59,733 nucleotides of DNA from assembly GCA_001828605.1 (NCBI GenBank), contig MHZB01000026.1, forward strand, positions 1-59,733, read 5' to 3'. The notes under the pieces are model-generated. The model ran no database searches, was not told the DNA's origin, and saw only the letters and a list, made by a program, of their open reading frames with translations. Both the position numbers and the translations under genes were made by a program. The stretch is from Planctomycetes bacterium RIFCSPLOWO2_12_FULL_50_35. Its GTDB lineage: Bacteria > Planctomycetota > Brocadiia > Brocadiales > Bathyanammoxibiaceae. Below are positions 51,861 to 59,733 of the stretch, piece after piece (within the stretch, counting starts at the first letter, position 1; each line of letters begins with the position of its first letter).

Positions 51861-54629
51861 TTACACGGTTGAGGACGTTTCCGTCCCCTGGATGTTGGCC
51901 CTGGCGGCCGTGAGGCGGGCGATGGGTACTCTGTATGGGGAACAGCTTACGTAGTTCATGCCTACGCGGTGGCAGAATTCTATGGAGTCAGGATCGCCGC
52001 CGTGCTCGCCGCAGATTCCTATTTTTATGTCTGGCCTGGTGCTCCTGCCCTTCTTGACGCCTATTTCTACCAGTTGTCCTACGCCAGTCTGGTCGAGTGA
52101 CTGGAAGGGGTCATTCTCGAGGATGCCCTTTTCTATGTAGTCCGGCAGGAATCCGGCTATGTCATCGCGGCTGAAGCCGTATGTCATTTGTGTCAGGTCG
52201 TTGGTACCGAAGGAAAAGAACTCTGCGTCCTTTGCTATCTCATCGGCTATCAGGGCCGCCCTGGGCAGTTCAATCATGGTGCCCACGGAATATTTGACAT
52301 TAACCCCCTTACCATCCATTATGGTCTTGGCCAGGGCGTTTATATTATCTCTGAGCAGCCGAAACTCTGCGGGTATGCCCACCAGGGGAATCATTATTTC
52401 CGGGTATACCTCTATGCCCTTCTTCTTCACGTTGCATGCGGCCTCAATAATAGCCCTCACCTGCATGTCGTATATATCCTTGTATGTGATTCCGAGCCGG
52501 CAGCCGCGATGGCCGAGCATGGGGTTGAGTTCATCCAGTCGAGAAACGGCCATCTTGACGCTCTTTAGGGTCATGCCCATCTTCTTTGCCATCTCCTTCT
52601 GGCTCTTTTCTTCATGGGGCAGGAATTCGTGCAGGGGTGGGTCCAGCAGACGCATGGTCACGGGCAGGTTTTCCATGGCCTTGAATATCTTTTCAAAATC
52701 GCCCCTCTGCATGGGCAGTAACTTGTTCAAGGCCTTTGTATATAACATGTTAGGACACTTGAATGCCTCTTTTACTTCGGCAAGTTCTTTCTTTAGTTCG
52801 GGTTTCTTTTCTTTTGGTGCATTTTCAAGTTCTTTCTGCAGAGCGTCAATCCGTATCTTTAAATTCTTTACCTCCGGAGCAAGCAGTATCATCTGCCTTA
52901 CAAAGTCTATTCTGTGTTCCCCGAAGAACATGTGTTCGGTACGGCAGAGACCGATTCCCTGTGCCCCAAATGCCCTCGCCTTGACGGCGTCTTCAGGGGT
53001 ATCGGCATTGGTTCTTACAGCGAGCTTCCTAAATTCATCTGCCCAACCCATGAGTACGGCGAAATCACCGCTGAGTTTCGGTTCGATTGTAGGAACCCGC
53101 CCCATCATTACCTCGCCCATGCTGCCGTCCAATGAGATGTAGTCCCCCCTCTTTACTATCTTGCCGTTCACGCTGAACCGCTGCGATTTGTAGTCAACGT
53201 TTACATCACTCGCGCCGACCACGCAGCACCTTCCCATACCCCTTGCTACCACGGCGGCGTGTGACGTCATACCGCCACGGCAGGTAAGGATACCCTGTGC
53301 GGCATGCATGCCTGCCACGTCCTCCGGAGAGGTCTCTTTTCTGACCAGAATGACCTTTTCGTTCTTAGCTGCCAGATTTTCGGCCTCTTCGGCGTTAAAG
53401 ACCACCTTGCCCGTGGCCGCACCGGGTGAGGCAGGTAATCCTGTGGCTATTACCACCTTTTTGGCCTTGGGGTCAAATATCGGGTGCAGGAGTTGGTCCA
53501 ATTGCTGGGGGTCTATCCTCAGGACGGCCATTTTCTTGTCTATAAGCCCCTCGTTTACCATGTCAACGGCTATTTTCATGGCCGCCTCTGCGGTTCGTTT
53601 GCCGTTTCGTGTCTGCAGCATATAGAGCTTGCCCTCCTGGATAGTGAACTCTATATCCTGCATGTCCTTATAGCGTTTCTCCAGGATGTCTTTATAGCGC
53701 AGGATTTCGTTATATATGCGGGGCATCTCTTTTTGCAGATTGCTGATGGATTCCGGTGTGCGAATTCCCGCTACTACGTCCTCACCCTGGGCGTTGATAA
53801 GGAACTCGCCGTAGAGGGCATTTTCGCCGGTTGAAGGATTCCTTGTGAAGCAGACGCCGGTTGCAGAATGACTGCCCATATTGCCGAATACCATTGCCTG
53901 AACGTTTACGGCGGTACCCGGAAGACCTTTGATGTTGTACAGCTGTCTATATTTAATTGCCCGCGGGTTATTCCACGATGCAAACACTGCGTCAATTGCC
54001 TTTTGGAGCTGAATCCTTGGATCGTCAATAAGGTTTTCGCCGGTGTTCTTTTTATATATGTCTTTGAACTTTTCAACGAGTTCCTGGAGATGTTTAGTGG
54101 TGAGTTCCGTGTCGTTCTTGACGCGGACTTTCTTCTTTATGTTTTCTACTTCATGTTCAAACTTGTCGCGGCTTATTCCCATGACCACGTTGCTGAACAT
54201 GGATATGAACCTGCGGTAGGCGTCCCACGCAAATCTTTCGTTGCCTGTTTTGTTTATAAGCGCCCGAAGGGTAGCCTGATTCAGTCCAAGGTTTAGGACG
54301 GTGTCCATCATCCCGGGCATGGAGGCCGCTGCGCCGCTACGAACCGATACAAGGAGGGGATTCTTGGTATCGCCGAAACCTGCCCGCATTGTCTCTTCCA
54401 ACCTGTTTAAATATTTACCAACTTCCTCTGAAAGTTCGGCAGGGTATGTCTGGTTATTCTCGTAATAGTATTTACATACATCGGCGCTTATGGTAAAGCC
54501 AGGAGGGACCGGCAGCCCAAGATTGCTCATCTCAGCGAGATTGGCGCCTTTGCCACCCAAGAAGGCGCGCATGCCTGCACTTCCCTCTGCCTTGCCGTTG
54601 CCAAAGGAATATATGTACTTATTGCCCAT
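51861..54629 (-). CDS. ppdK: pyruvate, phosphate dikinase
   Basis: 922 aa. MGNKYIYSFGNGKAEG...GGKGANLAEM N-terminus, phospho-His motif GGMTSHAAVVARGMG, C-terminal PEP-utilising TIM barrel (GICGEHGGDP). Confidence 0.95.
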   Translation of the reverse strand: MGNKYIYSFGNGKAEGSAGMRAFLGGKGANLAEMSNLGLPVPPGFTISADVCKYYYENNQTYPAELSEEVGKYLNRLEETMRAGFGDTKNPLLVSVRSGAAASMPGMMDTVLNLGLNQATLRALINKTGNERFAWDAYRRFISMFSNVVMGISRDKFEHEVENIKKKVRVKNDTELTTKHLQELVEKFKDIYKKNTGENLIDDPRIQLQKAIDAVFASWNNPRAIKYRQLYNIKGLPGTAVNVQAMVFGNMGSHSATGVCFTRNPSTGENALYGEFLINAQGEDVVAGIRTPESISNLQKEMPRIYNEILRYKDILEKRYKDMQDIEFTIQEGKLYMLQTRNGKRTAEAAMKIAVDMVNEGLIDKKMAVLRIDPQQLDQLLHPIFDPKAKKVVIATGLPASPGAATGKVVFNAEEAENLAAKNEKVILVRKETSPEDVAGMHAAQGILTCRGGMTSHAAVVARGMGRCCVVGASDVNVDYKSQRFSVNGKIVKRGDYISLDGSMGEVMMGRVPTIEPKLSGDFAVLMGWADEFRKLAVRTNADTPEDAVKARAFGAQGIGLCRTEHMFFGEHRIDFVRQMILLAPEVKNLKIRIDALQKELENAPKEKKPELKKELAEVKEAFKCPNMLYTKALNKLLPMQRGDFEKIFKAMENLPVTMRLLDPPLHEFLPHEEKSQKEMAKKMGMTLKSVKMAVSRLDELNPMLGHRGCRLGITYKDIYDMQVRAIIEAACNVKKKGIEVYPEIMIPLVGIPAEFRLLRDNINALAKTIMDGKGVNVKYSVGTMIELPRAALIADEIAKDAEFFSFGTNDLTQMTYGFSRDDIAGFLPDYIEKGILENDPFQSLDQTGVGQLVEIGVKKGRSTRPDIKIGICGEHGGDPDSIEFCHRVGMNYVSCSPYRVPIARLTAARANIQGTETSSTV

Positions 54630-54830
54630 CGTATACTACCTCTCCTTTCACGTTTGTCGCATAGGTGTGGGGGCATGGTTGGAAGTGACAAAGTAGCAAT
54701 ACTACAGTAAGGGGTCATAACCTCTACTGTAATATGACTTCGATGTCGCCCATGGAAAATAAGTGGTAAAAGTTTAGCAGAAATTTTTAGTCATAGCAAG
54801 ACATTTCTCACGGACACGGCCTTATTACAT

Positions 54831-54859
54831 TTGACATAACTATATTGTTCTGTTAGTAT
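54831..54859 (+). promoter_or_regulatory. sigma-70-like promoter of purH-trpF
   Basis: TTGACA, 17-nt spacer, TAGTAT. Confidence 0.5.
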
Positions 54860-54975
54860 TACGCCACTTCTGTATATTGCCCAAAATAGAGGACCTGATG
54901 ACACTTAAGCCCGGTAAGGAGCTCGTGGCGGGCCAATCGATCATACTAAATCAACCTGGCAAAGAAACAGGAACC

Positions 54976-56550
54976 ATGCCTAAGATACGAAGGGCCTTGA
55001 TAAGTGTTTATGATAAGGAGGGTATTGTAGCGTTTGCAAGGGGTCTGGCTGAGCTTGGCGTGGAAATAATGTCTTCCGGTGGAACGGCCAGACTTATCAG
55101 GGAAAGCGGAATAAACGTTATTGAGGTCTCTGCGTATACAGGGTTTCCTGAGATGATGGACGGCCGCGTGAAAACCCTTCATCCCAAGGTGCACGGTGGG
55201 TTACTTGCACTCAGGGACAATACTACCCATATCCGACAGATGAAAGAACACGGCATTTTACCCATAGACATGGTTGTCGTAAATTTGTACCCCTTCGAGA
55301 GGACCGTTGCCAAGGAGGGCGTTACAATGGAGGAGGCCGTGGAGAACATAGACATCGGCGGCCCTTCCATGATACGCTCCGCAGCGAAGAACTATAAACA
55401 CGTTGCCGTAATAGTTGACCCCGACCAGTATGCACCAGTGTTGGAAGAAATGAAGAAAAATGATGGACGGATATCGGAATCCAAGACCCTCGAATTGGCC
55501 GTTCAGGCATTTAGGCTTACGGCCCGTTACGACGGCGCAATATCCGGCTTCCTCGCCAGAGAGACGCAAGACGCCTTTCCCCAGAGACTTTTTGCAGAGT
55601 TTCTTAAGAGGCAGGAACTCCGGTACGGGGAAAACCCGCACCAGGCCGCCGCATTTTATGTGGAGGCGAAAGGCAGTATAGAACCGTGCGTCTCACGGCT
55701 GGATCAACTGTGTGGCAAGGAGCTTTCGTTTAATAATATACTCGACCTGAATGCGGCCCTTGAACTGGTAAAGGAGTTAGATGATCCGGGTGCGGTAGTA
55801 ATAAAACACACAAATCCTTGTGGTGCAGGAGTTGCCGAAACGCTTTCCGAGGCCTTTCGTAAGGCCCACAGCGGGGACCCCGTGTCCGCATTTGGTTCTA
55901 TTGTCGGTTTAAACCGCTGCGTGGATGTACAGACCGCCGAGGAGGTTACCGCGCCTGGTAACTTTGTGGAAGCCGTGGTCGCACCTGATTTTACGTCAGA
56001 GGCATTAGAGATTCTCAAGACTAGGCGAAAGTGGGGGGCGAACCTGCGGGTACTTCGGTCCGGTGAACTCGGCAGGGTGCACCCTGGAAGGACCTCGATG
56101 GATATGAAGAAGGTGGTAGGGGGCATGTTGGTACAGACAAGAGACGCCGTGTTTGAAGACTTTAGTAATGTTAAATGCGTTACAACCAGGAAACCCTCGC
56201 AGAAGGAGTTGAATGACCTTAAGTTTGCCTGGATAGTGGTCAAGCACGTAAAATCAAATGCCATAGTGCTGGTTAAAGACGGGACGCTGGTAGGTGTGGG
56301 TGCAGGACAGATGAGCCGTGTGGACTCGGTTGAAATAGCCGTAAAGAAGGCGGCCGGGAGGGCAAAGGGCTCCGTCCTGGCATCCGATGCCTTTTTCCCC
56401 TTTAGAGACGGTGTGGACGTTGCAGCCAGCGGAGGGGCAGTGGCCATCATCCAGCCCGGCGGCTCCACCAAGGACGACGAGGTAATCGGTGCCGCCGAGG
56501 GACATGGGATTTCAATGCTCTTTACCGGCAGGAGGCATTTCAGGCATTAG
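54976..56550 (+). CDS. purH: bifunctional AICAR transformylase / IMP cyclohydrolase
   Basis: MPKIRRALISVYDKEGIV (MGS-like domain), KTLHPKVHGG, C-terminal AICARFT domain ending GRRHFRH. The track ORF starts earlier, at 54877. Confidence 0.93.
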   Translation: MPKIRRALISVYDKEGIVAFARGLAELGVEIMSSGGTARLIRESGINVIEVSAYTGFPEMMDGRVKTLHPKVHGGLLALRDNTTHIRQMKEHGILPIDMVVVNLYPFERTVAKEGVTMEEAVENIDIGGPSMIRSAAKNYKHVAVIVDPDQYAPVLEEMKKNDGRISESKTLELAVQAFRLTARYDGAISGFLARETQDAFPQRLFAEFLKRQELRYGENPHQAAAFYVEAKGSIEPCVSRLDQLCGKELSFNNILDLNAALELVKELDDPGAVVIKHTNPCGAGVAETLSEAFRKAHSGDPVSAFGSIVGLNRCVDVQTAEEVTAPGNFVEAVVAPDFTSEALEILKTRRKWGANLRVLRSGELGRVHPGRTSMDMKKVVGGMLVQTRDAVFEDFSNVKCVTTRKPSQKELNDLKFAWIVVKHVKSNAIVLVKDGTLVGVGAGQMSRVDSVEIAVKKAAGRAKGSVLASDAFFPFRDGVDVAASGGAVAIIQPGGSTKDDEVIGAAEGHGISMLFTGRRHFRH

Positions 56551-56551
56551 G

Positions 56552-57178
56552 ATGGTGAGGGTCAAGATATGCGGCATAACCAACCTGCGGGATGCCAAGT
56601 ATGCAATAGAGTACGGTGCTGACGCCCTTGGCTTTGTCTTTGCGCCGAGTGTTCGCAGAATAACGCCTGAAAAGGCAAGAAGGATAGTGAGGTCACTAGG
56701 GCCTTTCGTTAACTGTGTGGGCGTCTTTGTTGATGAAGATTTGCGGGTGATAAGAGAGACGGGACGGTACTGTGGACTCGACACCGTCCAGCTCCATGGT
56801 GATGAGCCGCCCGAAGATGTGGAGGCTCTCAAGCGAGACTATCGTGTAGTAAAGGCGCTGAGGATGAGAGGCAGAGGAGAGCTGAACCTGCTCGGTTGCT
56901 ATAGGGCAAGCGCCTTCTTGCTGGATACGTATGAGAAGGGAAGGATGGGAGGCACCGGCAGGGCCATTCCATCAATGTGGAAGGTCGCACGAATAGCGGG
57001 AGAGAGGGGATCTGTTCCCATAATTCTTGCAGGTGGTTTAAATCCCGGGAACGTGCGGGAGGCCGTAGAGGCGGCGAACCCGTTTGCGGTGGACGTATCG
57101 TCCGGGGTGGAATGCAGTCCCGGTAAAAAAGACGAGCGGCTTATCAAAGAATTCATTCGGGCAGCAAAGGGTTTTTAG
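56552..57178 (+). CDS. trpF: phosphoribosylanthranilate isomerase
   Basis: MVRVKICGITNLRDA..GADALGFVF, LAGGLNPGNV, DVSSGVE. ATG lies 1 nt after the purH stop. Confidence 0.9.
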   Translation: MVRVKICGITNLRDAKYAIEYGADALGFVFAPSVRRITPEKARRIVRSLGPFVNCVGVFVDEDLRVIRETGRYCGLDTVQLHGDEPPEDVEALKRDYRVVKALRMRGRGELNLLGCYRASAFLLDTYEKGRMGGTGRAIPSMWKVARIAGERGSVPIILAGGLNPGNVREAVEAANPFAVDVSSGVECSPGKKDERLIKEFIRAAKGF

Positions 57179-57187
57179 TAAACGTTA

Positions 57188-57356
57188 AGAGCTCTGGAAA
57201 AGTTTCTTAACACCATGTTGACATTCTGAACGAAGTGTGTGGCGTGACAGGTTACTGCCACGCTAAATCCGCCTTAGGCGGAGAGCAGGCTCCAACGCTA
57301 CATTCGGCTGCCTTGCTCCCTCAGAATGACAAACGTGCAGAGTTTTTCTGAAGAGG
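57188..57356. repeat. family A palindromic element (interior inverted relative to the copy at 41008)
   Basis: Arms ttgacattctgaacgaag / ccttgctccctcagaatgacaa. Interior 57266..57302 is the reverse complement of 41062..41098 with few mismatches. Confidence 0.8.
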
Positions 57357-57499
57357 TAGGGTGCAATGTTACCTCGCCCCTACGGTGGTAATCACCGGGG
57401 CCGGGTAGGTCATGGTTACACCATGACCTTATAATGGGTCACATTGACGGTCAAGTCATTCCGTGTTTTGCCGCTAGAAGAGGGAAGGAAACAGGTATT

Positions 57500-58279
57500 T
57501 TGAGCACAGATAAGAATTTTCAGGACCTTGTGAAATTAATGCGCAAATTGAGGGACGAAGGCGGCTGCCCATGGGATAAGGAACAGACACACGAGACGCT
57601 TAAACCTTATCTGGTGGAAGAGACATATGAGGTAATAGATGCGATAGATTCCAATGATGCAGCGAAATTGAAAGAGGAGTTGGGCGACCTGCTTTTTCAG
57701 ATATTCTTCCATTCCCAGATAGCCAAAGAGAGGAAGGAGTTCGATATAAGCGACGTTATGAAGGCCTGTCTGGACAAGATGACCTCAAGACATCCGCACG
57801 TTTTTGGAGATGCCCGTCTGCAGACGGCGGAGGAGGTAATTAAGATGTGGCATAAGATAAAGATGGATGAGGGTAAAGAAAAGAATGAGAAATCAGTCAT
57901 CGGCAGTCTTCCGAAACATCTGCCGGCGCTTCAGAAGGCGCAAAAGGTCCAGAAGAAGGCCTCACGGGTGGGCTTTGACTGGGAGAGGGTGGAAGATGTG
58001 ATGGCAAAGGTTGAGGAAGAACTGGAGGAGGTAAAGGCCGCCATGGCGCAGGGTAAGTACAAAGAGGTGGAAGAAGAGATTGGAGACCTGCTTTTTGCCG
58101 TGACCAACTTGTCCAGATTTCTAAAGATAGACCCTGAGGAGGCACTGCATAAGACCGTAAAGAAATTTGTTGATCGCTTTCGGAAAGTAGAGGCCGAACT
58201 GGCCGCTATGGGGAAGGACATCGAACAGTGTTCATTGGAAGAGATGGACACGGTGTGGGAGGCTGTAAAGAAGAGATAA
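57500..58279 (+). CDS. mazG: nucleoside triphosphate pyrophosphohydrolase MazG (tandem MazG domains)
   Basis: GGCPWDKEQTHETL, EELGDLLFQ and EEIGDLLFA motifs. Start uncertain: TTG 57500 gives the typical length, while the ORF is open from 57434. Confidence 0.88.
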   Translation: MSTDKNFQDLVKLMRKLRDEGGCPWDKEQTHETLKPYLVEETYEVIDAIDSNDAAKLKEELGDLLFQIFFHSQIAKERKEFDISDVMKACLDKMTSRHPHVFGDARLQTAEEVIKMWHKIKMDEGKEKNEKSVIGSLPKHLPALQKAQKVQKKASRVGFDWERVEDVMAKVEEELEEVKAAMAQGKYKEVEEEIGDLLFAVTNLSRFLKIDPEEALHKTVKKFVDRFRKVEAELAAMGKDIEQCSLEEMDTVWEAVKKR

Positions 58280-58344
58280 GTTCACTCTTGTCCAAAATAA
58301 TTTTAGGAAAAATCCCACTCAAAAGCGGGTTTGTTCTATGTGAT

Positions 58345-58408
58345 TGTAGTGGCAGAGCTTGCTCTGCATAATTTGCCATTATTAAGTCGAGCAAGCTCGA
58401 CCACTACA
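58345..58408. repeat. family B element (TGTAGTGG...CCACTACA)
   Basis: tgtagtggcagagcttgctctgc ataatttgccattattaa gtcgagcaagctcgaccactaca. Confidence 0.8.
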
Positions 58409-58544
58409 TCTTAAAATGCCCCTGATTAAATCAGGGGTAAATTGAGTTTTTCAGAAGTCTCAGCCGGTCTTACAAGGATTATTGGGCAAAGATTCAATAC
58501 AAAAAGAGGACATCAAAAAATTGCATCATTTTCTCTTTAATATC

Positions 58545-58573
58545 TTGACAAGGGGCTAGTTAAATGGTATATA
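58545..58573 (+). promoter_or_regulatory. sigma-70-like promoter of the ammonium transporter gene
   Basis: TTGACA, 17-nt spacer, TATATA, about 185 nt upstream of ATG 58758. Confidence 0.5.
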
Positions 58574-58757
58574 CCCTCAACTAACCTGTTTTGCTCACCT
58601 TGGGTATGGTTGTACGGAGTTCGCAGTAGGGAGTTTGTAGTTAAAGGGTGTTCCGTATTTCCTCATTTCTTTTTTGTACCAACCGTTTCAATGCTATTAG
58701 GGGTGTTTTGACAACAAGCTTATCTTTTCTGGGAAAAATCTTAGGAGTAGAAAAAAT

Positions 58758-59733
58758 ATGAAAAGACTCTTGCCATTTGTTCTCCCACTGGCAGTGTTGT
58801 GTGCCGTTGTGGGGTATGCCTATGCTCCTGTGGCCATGGCTCAGGAGGTGCAGGTTGTAGTAGAGGAAGAAGTGGTATGGACTCTTGTGGACATAGGTGA
58901 CGCCGATGGCTCAGAGGTAGACATGACCACCGTTACAGGTCTGAGCACGGCGATTAACTTTACCTGGACCCTGCTTGCCGCAGTGTTGGTCTTTATCATG
59001 CAAGCCGGTTTTGCGTTCTTGGGTGGTTTCCTGGACAGGAAACATATGCTCAATTATCTGTGCGCGTGCTTCCTTGACACCACCCTTGCGGGTCTTATCT
59101 TCTGGCTGTGGGGATTTGCCCTTATGTTTGGAGGCAGCGGCTACCCTGGTGCCGAGGCTGGTGGCCCCACACATGGTTGGAGCGGTTTTCTCCTGCACGG
59201 GGCTGCGTATGATGTCAATACCTTCATGCTGTGGATGTTCCAGATGGTCTTCTTAACTAAGGCCGTCGTTATTCCTGTCGGTGCTATAGCTGGTAGGTGT
59301 AAGTTTCCAGTATACCTTATTAATGCCTGCTTTATCGCCGGTGTAGTATATCCAATCTATGGCCACTGGGTGTGGGGAGGCGGCTGGCTTAGCCAGTTAC
59401 CCATCGGCTCAGGCGCCCTGGATTTTGCCGGTTCCGGCGTTGTCCACGCAATAGGCGGTATAATGGGCTTTGTGGGTGCATGGGCGTTAGGTCCTCGGAA
59501 AGGAAAGTTCAATCCGGACGGTACTCCCAACGACATGCCCGGCCACAACATGACCTACGTAGTGATAGGCACCTTCCTGCTGTACTTCGGTTGGTTCGGA
59601 TTTAACCCAGGTAGCACCCTTGCCGCAACAGATTTGAGGATATCGGTTATCATCGTTAATACCTTCCTGGCTGGTGCTGCCGGTGCGGTTACCGCCCTAT
59701 TCGTAACGTGGGGTAAACAGGGCAAACCGAACG
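58758..59733 (+). CDS. amt: ammonium transporter (Amt family), 5-prime part; runs off the window end
   Basis: Open-ended, so absent from the ORF track. MKRLLPFVLPLAVLCAVVGYAYA signal, then VFIMQAGFAFL, DFAGSGVVHAIGG, GTFLLYFGWFGFNPGS: the Amt/MEP signatures. Confidence 0.88.
   Translation, partial: MKRLLPFVLPLAVLCAVVGYAYAPVAMAQEVQVVVEEEVVWTLVDIGDADGSEVDMTTVTGLSTAINFTWTLLAAVLVFIMQAGFAFLGGFLDRKHMLNYLCACFLDTTLAGLIFWLWGFALMFGGSGYPGAEAGGPTHGWSGFLLHGAAYDVNTFMLWMFQMVFLTKAVVIPVGAIAGRCKFPVYLINACFIAGVVYPIYGHWVWGGGWLSQLPIGSGALDFAGSGVVHAIGGIMGFVGAWALGPRKGKFNPDGTPNDMPGHNMTYVVIGTFLLYFGWFGFNPGSTLAATDLRISVIIVNTFLAGAAGAVTALFVTWGKQGKPN

Noticed and set aside
840-58410. CRISPR array hypothesis for the recurring palindromic repeats
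   Set aside because: The repeats are not regularly spaced direct repeats separated by unique spacers. They are inverted or nested palindromes scattered across many intergenic sites, and no cas genes are present in the window.
1-59733. tRNA, rRNA, tmRNA, RNase P, transposase or integrase genes
   Set aside because: I looked for T-loop-like GGTTCGAATCC-type strings, the RNase P GAGGAAAGTCC motif and DDE or tyrosine-recombinase-like ORFs, and found none. Absence by eye is not proof, and covariance-model scans should confirm it.

Overview
This 59.7-kb window looks like chromosomal DNA from an anaerobic ammonium-oxidising (anammox) planctomycete. All calls rest on motif reading and recall, because no searches were run.

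The centre (about 21.7-44.0 kb) holds the core hydrazine catabolic machinery.
- A haem-c / cytochrome-b electron-transfer module: a tetrahaem with a contracted CKCH site, a heptahaem with one CX3CH site, and a membrane cytochrome b.
- A Cys-rich secreted protein, followed by hydrazine synthase hzsC-hzsB-hzsA.
- A secreted pentapeptide-repeat protein and an octahaem HAO-like protein.
- trpBA and a flavodiiron protein, then hydrazine dehydrogenase (octahaem, CX4CH third site, His-rich tail).
- A TPR protein, an FGE-domain protein, and an unusual 11-haem NapC/NirT::HAO-core fusion.

Flanking housekeeping genes:
- Left: miaB fragment, def-fmt-DUF116, rpsT, an HDAC-like gene, RNase H, leuC and leuD split by a 1406-aa BcrAD/HgdC-type activase fusion, ogg, dnaA with an AT-rich candidate oriC, pepP and accBC.
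- Right: aconitase-mdh-sdhDCAB, ppdK, purH-trpF, mazG and the 5-prime part of an amt gene.

Intergenic DNA is crowded with families of nested palindromic, MITE-like repeats. These create many spurious ORFs in the supplied track. Several catabolic genes carry near-perfect sigma-70 promoters with long leaders.

I recognised no rRNA, tRNA, CRISPR array or transposase.
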